A stretch of 63,325 nucleotides of DNA, the filler included, from Platydemus manokwari (taxonomy: Eukaryota): NCBI GenBank assembly GCA_037951405.1. It is 6 parts of 6 records of this genome, joined end to end, with 100 filler letters (N's around TTAATTAATTAA, not from the genome) between each part and the next. Parts side by side here need not be neighbours in the genome. Positions count along the whole stretch, not along the records: positions 1 to 12,831 come from JBBMOY011949160.1; 5 more parts are not named here. One strand, given 5' to 3'. The stretch's first letter is position 1. Each line of letters starts with the position of its first letter. The notes under the pieces are model-generated. The model was not told the origin of the DNA. It saw only the letters and a program-made list of their open reading frames with translations, and made no database searches. Positions 1-12,931 of this stretch are shown piece after piece. The translations under genes and the position numbers were made by a program.

Positions 1-3000
1 TATCTGTCTGACTTTCTGAATCCATTATTAAATGACCAGTTTGACATGAAACTTCATAATCATAATCCAATCTTGGAATTCCAACTTGTAATTTCTTTCC
101 TTTCTTTTCTTTCATTTCTAATATTTCAATGTTCTCATCAATACCATACTGAATGATTTCATCGATCATATCATTAAACTGTAAACCACCTTGCTCTTGT
201 GCATATTTATGTGAAATCATTAGTTTTTCTTCCATTCCTGTTTGTTGCATTTTATTATTCATCAAACTACCAGATTGACATTCTACTTCCATATGTTCAT
301 TCAATTTTGGATATCCCACTTGAATTTTCTTCGATTTTTCAATTCTGTTCAACATTTGACCACTAATCAAAAGATCAGATTGCATTTCTTTATCACAATA
401 TTCGGTTTTCATTGAATATGCACTCACAGCTTCTTCAGATAATACTATATCTTTAACTAGGTCCGTTTCTTCTACATAATCAATATCTGTCTGACTTTCT
501 GAATCCATTATTAAATGACCAGTTTGACATGAAACTTCATAATCATAATCCAATCTTGGATTTCCAACTTGGAGCTTCTTAGCTTTGTTTATGATTCTAA
601 GTTCATTGCCAATTTTGTTAATTAAATCGTATTGTATACTTTCTTCAATCATCTTGTCAAATGTTAAGGCATTTCTTTGTTTTTCATCTCTTTGTATTAT
701 CATTATAGATTCATTGTTTTCGGTTTGTATATTATCGCTTGTCGTAACTCGACCACATTGACATTCAACTTCAAGATAGTCGTTTAGTTTAGGATATCCA
801 ACTTGAACCTTCTTTGATTTATGTATTTTTTCTAACAAAAGATTATCTGTGATTATGATTGATTGAATTTCTTTATCATTATATATTCTTTTCGTTGAAA
901 TTTCACAAGCTTCTTCTTGTGATGCGGCAACATTCATTATGCCATCTGGTTCATATACATAGTCCTCGACTGTCTGTGTTTCAGATTCTTTAACTAAGTG
1001 ACCAGTTTGACAAGAAACCTCATATTCATAATCCAATTTAGGTATTCCTACTTGCACTTTTTTCCCAATTTTGTCTTTGTTTCTTAAACTTTCAATCAGG
1101 TTTTTATTATATTGAATACTCTGCTCGATCATAGCGTCATTATTTAAGGCTTGTTCGTCTTTTCTGCCTTTCATTTCCATCACCATTTTCTCATCAACCT
1201 CTGTTTGAATAGATATGTCGTTTACCAAATTTCCTGATTGGCACTCCACTTCAAGACAATTATTCAATCTTGCATAACCAACTTGAACTTTTTTGGATTT
1301 TTCATTTTTCTTATGTAAATCACTTTCAATCATGAATTCTGACTGCATCTCTCTGTCATAATATTCTCCTTTTGTTGCATATTTATTTAGAGATTCTTCC
1401 AATTTTACAACAATTGCTGTTTCATCCACTTTATTTATATAATCCATATTGGTTTGACTCTCGGAATCCATTACTAAATGTCCAGTTTGGCATGACACTT
1501 CAAAATCATGCTCTAATCTTGAAATTCCTATTTGCACTTTTTTCCCTATTTTTTTAATTTTATTCGTTACCTCGAGGCAAATTTCATTATTATATTGAAT
1601 GACTTCATTAACCATGTCATAGTCTGTTAGAGCTTTTTCTTCACTATTCTGCTTTCTTTCTATGATAATAATTTCGGCAATTTCAGTTTGCATACTCATA
1701 TTATTAACTAATCGTCCAGATTGACATTCTACTTCAAGATCATTATTTAATCTCGGATATCCAACTTGAATTTTTTTTGATTTTACAATAATATTTGTTG
1801 ATTGGTTTTCATTTATCATATCTGATTGAAGTTCTTTCTCGTAATAATGTTTCTTAATACTAGCAATATTTTCATTCATTTCCATCTTATTAAAGGTTTT
1901 CCCTATATCGACATCATTCCAAATATCATCTTCTGTTTGGCTTTTGACTTCTTTTACTAAATGTCCTGTTTGACATGAGACTTCATAATCACAATTTAAT
2001 CTTGGATTACCAACTTGTAATTTTTTCCCCTTATATTCTCTTATTGTTGTAAGTGGAAAAGAATCATCAAGAATATGTTGAATATTTTCTTCTACCATTT
2101 CGTGAAATATTTTAGAATCGTTCAGATTTTGCTTCGTATCTAATGTAATGATTTCATCCGTTTCTATTTGAATCGATACATCTTTTGTCAAGCTACCTGA
2201 CTGACACTGAACCTCAAAATTTTCATTTATTCTGGGATATCCTACCTGGACCTTTTTAGCTTTGTTCTTTTTACTCTGAATTAAACTTGAATCATCAGAG
2301 AGATTTGATTGTATAGCTTTTTCTAAATATTCTACTTTCATGTTTTTAGGTAAATTTTCTTGCTTTTCCACTAACATTTTTGTTATTTCAATGTCTTGGA
2401 TATATTCATCAGCTGTCTGACTTTCACTTTCCTTGACCAAATGTCCCGTCTGACATGAAACTTCGTAATCATAGTTTAGTCTTGAATTTCCAACTTGAAG
2501 TTTTTTCCCTTTATATTCTTTTGTTGATGAAAAGTGTTCTTTTTCATGTGCAGGAGTGTATTGAATGATCTCTTCAAACATCTGATTATTAATCAAAGCA
2601 AACTCTACATTACTTTGCTTTGTTTCTATAACGATTGTTTCATCAGTATCACTTTGAATACCAACGTTATTTTTAAGACTGCCCGACTGGCATTCGACAT
2701 CAAAAATACTGTTCAACCTAGGAAAGCCTACTTGCACTTTTTTCGATTTATTCATTTTACTTGATGATTTAATTGAATCGATGATAAAATCCGATTGTAC
2801 TTCCATTTCTATAAATTCCTTTTTCTTTTCGTATGATGCAGCTACATTATCTTTGTCTATTAAAGTTTGTGAATATTCAATTATTCCTACATTATTTGAA
2901 TCAGTTTGAGATTCAGATTCTCTTATTACGTGACCCGTTTGACAAGAGACATCATAATCATGATCCAATCTTGAGTTGCCTACTTGAAGCTTTTTGGATT

Positions 3001-4560
3001 TTTTACTTTTTCTAATTGAAATCGAAAGTATTTCTTCACTAACATTGTATTGTGTAGTTTCATCAACCATATTTATACAAAGTTGATAAGCTTCTTTATT
3101 ATCGAGTCTTAAATATCTAACATCATTAGTTTGAACTTCATCGTCACCTACAATACAACCTGATTGGCATTCTACATCTAAGCAGTTATTTAACTTCGGA
3201 TAACCAACCTGAAGTTTTTTCGTTTTAGTTAATTTGTTTGATAATATAACGGGTTCACTAAATAAAAATGGTTGTATTTCTTTTTCTGAAAATTCTATTT
3301 TTGGTTTATCATCAACTTCTCGCATTTGTTGTGTAACTAATAAATTTGTCATTTCGGTATCTTCTGTTTGACAACCTAATTCATTTGTTACGTACCCTAT
3401 CTGACAAGATCCCTCTAAATCCATACCAAGCTTTGAACTTCCCGCTTGCATTTTTTTGGACTTGGTTTGCTTTTCATAATTTTGATATGAATATTCTTTG
3501 AAATTATACTGAAACTCGATATCGATCAAATCTTTTTCTCGTAAATCGTAAGCTTTTTCATACTGACTCTTAGTTTCTAAATACTGAATTTTTGTATAAT
3601 AATCGTATTCAGTTTGACAATCGATTTCTCTTACTATATGCCCAGCTTGACAAGAAACATCATAATCAATTGATAATCGACAATTTCCTACTTGTAGTTT
3701 TTTCGATTTTTTATCTTTTAAAGGTGGATGTATATTTTCTGAGTCATTATCCCATTGTACTTCTCCATCTATCATATCTATCACAATCAATTGGTTTTTA
3801 ATTCCTTCGTCCGAAACTTGACTCATTTCCGTTTGGGATGAAGCATCATTAATCAGACACCCACATTGACAAGCGACTTCAAACTTTGTATTTAATTGAG
3901 GAAATCCTACTTGGATTTTTTTGCCTCTTGTCTGCTGTTTTTGAAAATCCTTACCTAAAGGCTGAATTTCTTTTTTGTCTGTTATTCCTCCGTGAGAATC
4001 ATATGAAATTAAACTTAGCCGCTCTTGAAAGTCAGTGTAGTCATTGTCTGTTTGGCATTCCTCCTCAACAACTACTCGACCAGTTTGACATGATGTCTCT
4101 AAATCGAATCCTAATCTTGATTGTCCAACTTGTACCTTCTTGCCTTTTGTTATCACATCACGTTTAATGACTTCATATGATGTCAAATTTGATTGGTTTT
4201 GTTTTTGAATTTCTTCGTTTAATATAAAGCTACTGTCATATTCATCAAATTCTGTTTGAATGGCATCATCGCGTGAAACAATCCCGATTTGACATGATGA
4301 ATCAAATGTGTCAAATATTTTAGAATACCCATATTGGATATTTTTCTCTTTTTGCTCTAATGACGCTAGACCTACTAATTCTGATTGCATTTCCGTTTCT
4401 AACGTTTCGCTCATATTTTTATCAAGAATCTCGTATTGCCACACCTCATTATTGATTGTTTGGTCGATTTGGTCTTTGTAAAAATTATCAGTTTGAACAG
4501 CAATTTGTCTATCTGGATCTAGATGTGCTGTCCCGATTTGTAAACGTTTGTTTTTCGTCA
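1..4560 (-). repeat. Coding tandem repeat: ~20 units of ~80 aa, mostly alternating A/B into a ~160-aa (~480 bp) super-repeat
   Basis: A KKxQVG-type motif recurs near 81, 316, 564, 798, 1047, 1278, 1527, 1761, 2010, 2241, 2490, 2727, 2979, 3204, 3441, 3687, 3907 and 4126, with degenerate copies near 4328 and 4533. All but the last are followed by a CQxG..QT-type segment. Bases 1-88 recur at 484-571. Confidence 0.92.
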
Positions 4561-7500
4561 ATTCTATTGAGTTCATTTCAGTAGAATTATCTTTTATATA
4601 AATCACGGTTTTCATTGGGAGTTCAGATGATAGATTTCTCAATGAATTCAAATTATCTCTCGTAATATCTGTTTGAACGAAATTATCTTTATTTAAAACT
4701 GACATTTGTGTGATGGCATCAAGCTGGAGAGATGATTTTTGAATTCCCTTTGATTTATAGTGAACATTTGTTTGAGTTGTTGTTTCGCTTCGAAGAGTTC
4801 CAATTTGTGTTTGACAATCCCGCTTTAACCGTTTTGATTTTGATGGTTTTGTCTGGATAATTCGATCATTACGCAAAATACTTATCTGTGTCATTACATC
4901 CATTTGTGATTTGGCTGGTGTGAAACTGATATCGGAACTTGTTTGCGTAACTGACGATTCAGTGAAACAACCAATTTGTGTCATACTATCGGCAAATAGT
5001 TTCCTTGGTTTTCTTTTTTGATTGACTATAACTGCTGAACTAGAATCATACGATAATTCGGCTTGGGTGCTACAATCTTTAAACAAAACTCCAATTTGTG
5101 TCTGAGCATCAAGCTGTTGATATTTTGTTCTTGTCATAGATTTTTGTTGCTTCTTGGTTGATGCAAGAGAAGAGTCAGTTGTGGAAAAAATATCATCTTG
5201 AATATACGTAGATTCATCGAACGTCATTGGACTACATTGAATCTGGCTATCTCGTACCCTTACACCGAGCTGAGTTTGTGAATCAACCTTCCATGTTCTC
5301 TTCTTACTTGTTTTATGTGATTTATGCTTGAAATATTGTGTTTCTGCATTGGCTATTGCATCAGGAAGAGAATAACTTTCTTTCATATGTCGATTAAATT
5401 CAAGTCGCGATCCGTCACCGAAATTTTTGGAATTTATTGGATAACGTAGATCAGAAGAACTGTGCCGGCTACTGAATTCATGTTCATGGTGTGAAACCTT
5501 TGTTAAATTGATGTGATCGTGAGAAATATTCGGACTTAATTCCAAATTGTGAATATGTCGTAAATCTAAAGCACTGGAAAAACGATGATAAAGATCATCA
5601 TCAGCTTTATCTGGTGATCGAGAAAAATAAGCGATATCGTCACTATGTCGATTCTTGTAATTTTCAGCCGGTATTGTTTCGAGTCGTCTCAATAAGTTAT
5701 TCAATTCACATTTGTTCTCTGAATTCAATTTGCTGCAAATTGCAATATAAACAAAAAACGATTTGATTAAAACCATTTACTTCAAAGTTTCAATATTATC
5801 GGCATAGCGTTTATCTCGAGTTTCACGGGATATTTCATCTCTATATTGAGTGATATTTTGACTGAACTGAACCGAATCCCGCAAAGATCGCAAATTTTTC
5901 AGGTGGTCCTTAAAGTTTCATTAACATTTTATTATAACAATTTCAGTATTTTTTGTCAGAAAATTCACTAATTCAGAAAATTGACTAATAAAAATCCTAC
6001 TTAGTTACTTGAAATTTTTAAAAACCCTTAATCATTATTCTAAGGATAAAATATAAAAGTTTAATTAAAATTACACATGTTACCAAATTAGAATAAAATC
6101 AAAAAAATTTCAATTATGAAATAATTCTTGTGATTTTACATATACAGATATTTGATAATTTATCTATTATAAATTTTTAATGAAAAACACGAACAATTTT
6201 TCTCAAAATATTCTAGACATTACAAATTAAAAAAAGACTCCTTTTGTGGAAATTCTAAAAACATCTTTATTTGATTTATTGTTACAAAACTTCATTCTTG
6301 AAGGTATTAAGTACATTTGATTTTAAATAATTTAAATAATTTATAATTTCAGTAACATGTGAATGAAGTGCTAGTAATTATGTGGGAAATAATATTATAA
6401 AGAACTTACAATATATTTAATGAGTGGAGTATGCATTTTAACAATTTCATGTTCTTTGTAAAAACGATTTGTTCGTAAATCATCTGGACCTATAAACACA
6501 AACAAATAGAAAATAAGACATTAATTAAAAATAAACTTCTCAAGACAATTTTTTGGCGCAATTCTTTTAACAGAGTCTTTAGCTCATTACTTTTGATATC
6601 ATTCGAATTTGATAGAAGAATTTCCTGGACATCTTTAATCAAAATATTGATTTGTTCAATTTTAGAAACAGCAATTGACTACAGGAAAATATATTGACAC
6701 TTAAGAAAAATGGAACAGTTTTTTCACTTACGGGATCACTGAGAATGTGCTCAAAAAGATTGATGTAATGATCGATTAGTACAATGGAGAATCTGTTCAA
6801 ACATTGCTCCCAATTCTTTATCAATTGATCACAGAGGCTAATTAATTATATATCAAGATATTAAAAATAATTTTAATAAAATAAATAGCTATTAAAATGG
6901 CATTAAATGAAAGAAAATTTTCATGGAATTTCAAATATTATTTCACAAATTATCAATTAAAACCCAAATATGCCTTCTAACTATTCCAGCACATATGATA
7001 CATGGATTATAATTGACCTTAATCATGGTAACATGAAATCTCAAACAGAATAAATAAACACACAAATGCTTGATTAAAATTTACAATTTAATTCAATTTT
7101 AGAAAGGCTTTTCATCTACCATGGATACTTTTGAAATCGATTTCAAATATAATTAATGATTTAAGACAAACATTTTGAATAATCAATAAAAATTAAGACT
7201 AATTAATCAATAAATAGTTGATATTTCACCCTCGTGGCTTTTACTTTGTCGAATACTTGTCTTATTAAGAGATTATAATTTTAATTTGCTGCAAATCTAT
7301 TTATCAGAATGTTAGGAAAAGAAGAATACTTAGCTCTCAGCTATCTCATATTTTTCTGATAGGTATATTTCTGTTAGTATATAATGAATAGCATGCAGAA
7401 TGTAAATGTTAAGTAAATTATGAAAAATTACAAAATTAGTTGGCATTAGAAAATAAAATCCTCGAATAATCAACATTATTTTAAATATATCGAAAAATAT

Positions 7501-9529
7501 TATCTAAAGTTTACCTGCTTAATAATAATCAATAAGTAAAAATGTTATTGCGTCTTAATATTGAAGTCAAAATCTTCACCAGAAATCACAAAATGTATAA
7601 GGAAATATTTTGCATATAACTCAATTTCAAAAAATTAAAAGTTATTTCTATCAAATTCAACTACTTATTAATTGTCAATAAATAAAAAATCTTTAAAAAA
7701 TTTTGCTTAGAAATTTATAAACTAAAAATGTTGAAGATTTTTTAATTTGAAATCTTAATCAATCATTATTCTTCATTACATTTAATTCATACCTGCTCGT
7801 TTTTTCTGTTGATAAAATATCCGGACCTGGAATCCAAATACAAACTGAAGGAACTTCACCTACTTCACCTTTATAATTTTGAATTTTCCACATTTGAGGA
7901 TTAGAATTATTAAGAATTATAACTTCTTCTTGATCTTGAATGGATATTTCTGGGCCTTGAAATGAAATGGGAATTATAATTTCACTTAATAAAGGAAAAA
8001 ATTGAAATTTACTTGTATATGAATATAAACTTTGACCTAGTAATGAATTCTGACTGACAGGATCTTGTCGAAGATGAACTGGAACGATTTTTCTGGATTC
8101 TGTTTTTAAATTGTCTATTCTACTCCATAAATACAGAAAATAAGATTGATGATCCTTTAAAAATGGAATGCCATTAACTTAATTAGGTCAATATAATATT
8201 TCCGAACTTTTAAATAGTTCGTTAATTGATCTGATTCTTTAATTGTTCCCTTTGGTTCAAATGTTAAAATTTGATTCGATATAATTTTCCATCGTTTTTT
8301 CAACAGAGCTGTGACTTCATTCAGATTGTGATGAAACTAATTATCAAGATAATTACTAATTATTCGGTATTCGAATTTACTTGGTGATAATGTGATGCGT
8401 TTCGCAAATGAACTTGTGACAAATGAGCTAGATTAGTAATATAATTCCAACACTCATTCACATTATTTGATATCGGCTAAAATGAATGTTATTAGTTATA
8501 ATTCTTTAATAACCTTACTTTGTTTGTAAGCATTTCATCGGAAAAATTCTGGATCACGCTGTGATGTAATACGCATGCCCCAATATTACTCGTAAGTTCC
8601 TATTATTAAGTTAGTTAGAAATCCATTTTGATAAGATATAAGATAATTTTCACATAATGTTAACATAAAGATTATTTAACATTATATTATGATCATCGAA
8701 GAAACATTTACAACGAAAATAGCTTTAATATTGTCTTATATTGATCAGGTAAATTCGTTATCATAAAGAAATGCACTTAAACAACATGTAATATGTATTC
8801 AAAAATTAAAATTAATATCTCATTGATTTTTCTTAAAGAATTCCAGTATTACTGGGTTAATTGCAAAATTGATAACAATAATATTGTAATATAAAAGTAG
8901 TAACTATAAAAAATTTAAGTTGGTCAGTGATAAATCTATTATGGACTATGTATATTAACATGAGATTTATAAATCGAACTTACAATTGCAAATCGTATAA
9001 ATTGAGAATGATAATTTTTGAAACATTCTTTAAGTAATGATTAAATAATCTTTTATTGTGTAATTTGTTTAAAAATTAATAATAAGATAAAACCAACTGA
9101 ATAGAGTTTTTCTAAATTTGAAATTCCTCCTAAATACTTCAACGCTGATACGTTTGATTCAATTTCGGTCTATGTAAAATAAAAAATATAACTCATTTAG
9201 GACTTAAAGAGATCTAACTTTGATTTCAGCTAGTTGTGCAGCTGTTCTGCTTGTTCTGTCATCCTACAGACTTGATTAAACAAATATACAAAATAATAGT
9301 TGAGTTACTTTAAATTTAAAAGAATTTTCTAATTCTCTCAGTTCTTGCAAAATTATTTGTTGACGATTTTCTTCACCTTTAAGCATCTTTGATGTCACAC
9401 CAATATTTAAAATATTTGATCGATCCTAAGATAAATAATTAATTATTCTATAAATAGCTTTTAAGAAACTTTTACCTTGCAGTCAGCCAATCTGACTCGA
9501 AAATAGTCGAGGTCTATGTCCAGTGCCAT
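1..9529 (-). CDS. Plakin-family protein (partial spectrin repeats + plakin SH3) with a giant C-terminal Gln-motif repeat array; 3' end outside the window, >2360 aa
   Basis: Phase-consistent GT-AG model. Exons: 9529-9476, 9425-9309, 9263-9219, 9169-9098, 8599-8519, 8476-8381, 8336-8208, 8154-8013, 7955-7793, 6837-6732, 6678-6537, 6489-6410, 5908-5781, 5732-<1. The translation has plakin-domain hallmarks: WNYITNLAHLSQVHLRNASHYHQFHH, KIVPVHLR and the SH3 SLYSYTSPEISIQDQEEVIILNNSNPQMWKIQNYKGEVGEVPSVCIWIPGPD. I read the last exon codon by codon and found no stop in ~1910 codons. The start codon is inferred. Confidence 0.88.
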
Positions 9530-10618
9530 TTGTAATAGCTTCTGATATTTTCAATAAATTTCAATTTATACAATTAACTAAAGCCTACTAATTCTTCTCT
9601 TGTTTTCCTTCGGTTCTTATTTACAAAGGCTTTTATCGATTGAATTTATCAATCACAATGAAAAATGAGTTGACATTGAATAACATTAACTTATATAATT
9701 TCATTTACACACTACAACAATGAGTGCAGAATTGAATTTGGAATGAAACTAGATTACAAAACTACTTGTTCTCTGGTGTATCTAGTATCGATCAGTACCG
9801 AAGATGCTGTGCTTGTCAATATATGCACAACGCATTCTTAGACAAATTGATGTGAAGTATAAGCTGAGTTTAAGAATAATATTACTAGCAACTACCTAGC
9901 TGTCTTTTGTAATATGTATACACTATTCACAAAGCACCAAAATCAATATTGATTTTGTACACAGTTATATTTGTTCAAGCCTTTAAATTTCGCGATGAAT
10001 GTTAGAATGATTTTTTTAAAATAGAGCTTGCAATAATTGATTTTTAATGCAAGTTAAAATAACAAAAAGATTCAAGTAATTTATCAATATCGTTGCACAA
10101 TTTAAATGGAACGAACAAGGTCAATTTTGAATATCTAATGAAACAATGCAAATTTTATTCTTACTCCAAAACCAATTTTCAAGTCACACTTTATTAAAGC
10201 CTGGTTTTAGTTTTTTATAAAATAGCTCAAAACCTTGTGATCCATGTGTCTATTTTTAAGACAGATTTGAATAACAATTATATATATACAATATCATTCC
10301 AACTTTAAAGCAATTTGAACATTAAATTACGTTATAACAAAACACATATGCAATATTGCCTTCAATTCTTGAAATATATAAATGCAGTGTTCGATTGACT
10401 GAATTGTGTAAGTATTCATGATGTCAGAATGTAATATTGATGATTGTTATCTATACTGTCAATAATTTGTAGGTAACAGGGTGGATTAATTATTAATCTT
10501 TAAAATTAATATATTCAATGATTATTATTAAATGGATGTTTATTGTAAAAAGATTACAACATTAACAATAAGGAAGAAAAATATCGATAATGATGTAATC
10601 GTGAAGAAATTATTATTA

Positions 10619-10808
10619 CAGTTTTCTTCCTTCCAACCGCCACTTTTTGGGAATTGGAAAAATGTGGCAATTAAGAGCAGTTTTTTGTACGAAAAATAAA
10701 AAAGAAGAACAGTCAAACGAACTTTTTATTTTTTTAATCATTGGAAAAATGTTGGGGTTAAGAGGAATTGGCGGTTAGATGAAATTGTGATTACGAAGAG
10801 GAATACTG
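10619..10808. mobile_element. pogo/Tigger-like MITE (190 bp)
   Basis: TA-flanked CAGT...ACTG ends with imperfect TIRs (cagttttcttcc / gaggaatactg). Internal inverted AACCGCC/GGCGGTT and inverted A-rich/T-rich tracts. Confidence 0.6.
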
Positions 10809-10999
10809 TATTATTATTATTAATGTNNNNNNNNNNNNNNNNNNNNNNNNNNNNNNNNNNNNNNNNNNNNNNNNNNNNNNNNNNNNNNNNNNNNNNNNNN
10901 NNNNNNNNNNNNNNNNNNNNNNNNNNNNNNNNNNNNNNNNNNNNNNNNNNNNNNNNNNNNNNNNNNNNNNNNNNNNNNNNNNNNNNNNNNNNNNNNNNA

Positions 11000-11458
11000 A
11001 TTTAACATAATTAAACTCGTTACATTTGAAAGATCACGTTGTCCTACCACTATTAAGTTTGCTTTTGTATATTTTGGTTGCTCATTAAAAAGGAATATCC
11101 TACAATTGCTCCGATTTCTTGTGCAATTTTCAACATCATATCTGTGTAAATTTTGATTTCCAGATGTGACAACCATCAAACACAAGAAACGAGCACAATT
11201 GTTGTTTGTGGAAGATGAACATGGCCAAATATTAAAGAGTTGATAATAATAAATTTATTCTCAAACATGTACAATTTTGTTTTCATTTCATCAATTGGAC
11301 ATCAGCATGTACAATATTCTGAATATAAATACTTTTACTTCATTTTAAAAAATAAATGCTGTTTTCTTCGTAAAAAAATTAAATAATTGCACAGTGGTTC
11401 CTCGAGAGAAAGAAATGTTTCCTTGAGTCCTCTTCAGGAAAAATGTTGAAAACCGCTG
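11000..11458 (+). mobile_element. hAT (Charlie/Buster-type) transposon 3' remnant
   Basis: Decayed hAT dimerisation domain: FWLLIKKEYPTIA, frameshift, then LVQFSTSYLCKF*FPDVTTIKHKKRAQLLFVEDE. A Charlie-like 3' TIR follows (aaaaatgttgaaaaccgctg, ending 11458). The 5' part is lost at the N gap. Confidence 0.7.
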
Positions 11459-12831
11459 TATTAAATATTAATTAATTTTAAAATTCTAAGAAATTTGAAA
11501 AAAAATATTTCAAAAATATCATTTTTACAACTGCATACAAAATTTATTTAGAGAGTTTTAATGACTTATATCAGGTAATTATGTAGACATAACATTAGTA
11601 ATTTGAACTATCATCAAAATTATTATTATTTCTCTTATTTTTAAATATACACAAAGAAATTCTGAATCTGCATTACCATTATTTATGGAATGCTGTAATA
11701 TTCGTTTTATCGAAAAAATCAATGCAATTCCTTCTTTTTTAAACATTTATTCTTTTCATTCATGTTTCTTTTATTTTGTTATGTATTTATTTTTTATAAA
11801 CCGAGACAATTAGTTTGTCTAACTTTGATTAAGCAATTTAGTTTTTTCGAAAATTATGTTAAGATTTTACACAATTAATTTATATTATAATTCTATTATT
11901 TATTATGTAAATTAATATAATTTATTATTAATTAATTTTAAAAAATTCAAAATTTTGCTGTTGATAATAATAAAAAATTCTATGTGCAATAATAATTTAT
12001 CTTTTATTATCAAATACATTGGAGATAATATTTTATTCCCTACTCGACATCAAACATGCACCGGTTTAAGGTTAATATTCGAATCTTTAAAATTTCTATT
12101 CAAATTCTAGATATATATATATGTGAATGAAAGTGTGAACCAAGTGTGATATTCTTGTGATATTTTATAAACAGTTGCGAGCCTAAGTTCATTTATAAAA
12201 AGTTCACAATTAAAAATATGCTCACAATGAATTTGAAAAATATTTTCAGAATAATTGATTTGTGAAATATTAAATAGTGGTATTGTACAGATTCGTGTGG
12301 ATTTATCAGAGAACAACTTTTGCGTGGCTAAAATCTCAAAACTTTTCCATCGTTTTGGATTTAATAATTATCAACAAAGATCGAAACAACATAAAAAATT
12401 TTAACAATATAAATAAAAACATTTATAGAATAATAAATAACTGTATAAAAATTAATAACTCATTTTTCAAAAATTATTATTAATTACACGTGAAATAAAT
12501 AACTGACTAAAAGTTACTCTGATTAGTAAACATTATTTATGTTGTCTATTGATAATTCACAAGTTCGAGATTTTTTAATAATCTATCATATCATTTTATA
12601 AAACCTAACGTTGTTCTGCATGGATATGAATAATCAAAATTATCTCATTTTTATAAATGTCTAAAATAAGAAGATTTACAGCTCTGCTATTCGAAGGTTG
12701 TTTATTGAATAGTATGCATAAATCTACACCCAGAACTCATAACTCTGTCCTCTTAAATGGTATTACTATATTATATGCTACTGTGCCATGACCTTATATA
12801 AAAAGCGAATTACCAATATAAAAGTTTTCAT

Positions 12832-12931
12832 NNNNNNNNNNNNNNNNNNNNNNNNNNNNNNNNNNNNNNNNNNNNTTAATTAATTAANNNNNNNNNNNNN
12901 NNNNNNNNNNNNNNNNNNNNNNNNNNNNNNN
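12832..12931. other. Assembly gap spacer (N44-TTAATTAATTAA-N44); same at 22126-22225, 31293-31392, 43729-43828, 52900-52999
   Basis: Identical 100-bp blocks containing a six-frame stop linker. Artificial. Confidence 0.97.

Noticed and set aside
1372-4167. Plus-strand ORFs at 1372, 2534, 2833, 3592 and 3886
   Set aside because: Antisense shadows of the large minus-strand exon.
1-4560. Regularly spaced conserved motifs with variable spacers resembling a CRISPR-like array
   Set aside because: The period is ~240 bp, variation respects codons, and the whole region is one open reading frame in a spliced eukaryotic gene. No cas genes are present.
12655-12740. Similarity to 53461-53540 (AGCTCTGCTATTC core)
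   Set aside because: Probably old copies of one dispersed repeat, but too short and diverged to define boundaries or class.
12876-12887. Recurrent TTAATTAATTAA palindrome (five copies)
   Set aside because: Always centred in 100-bp N blocks, so it is an artificial scaffold linker. It also means contig adjacency across these joins is uncertain.
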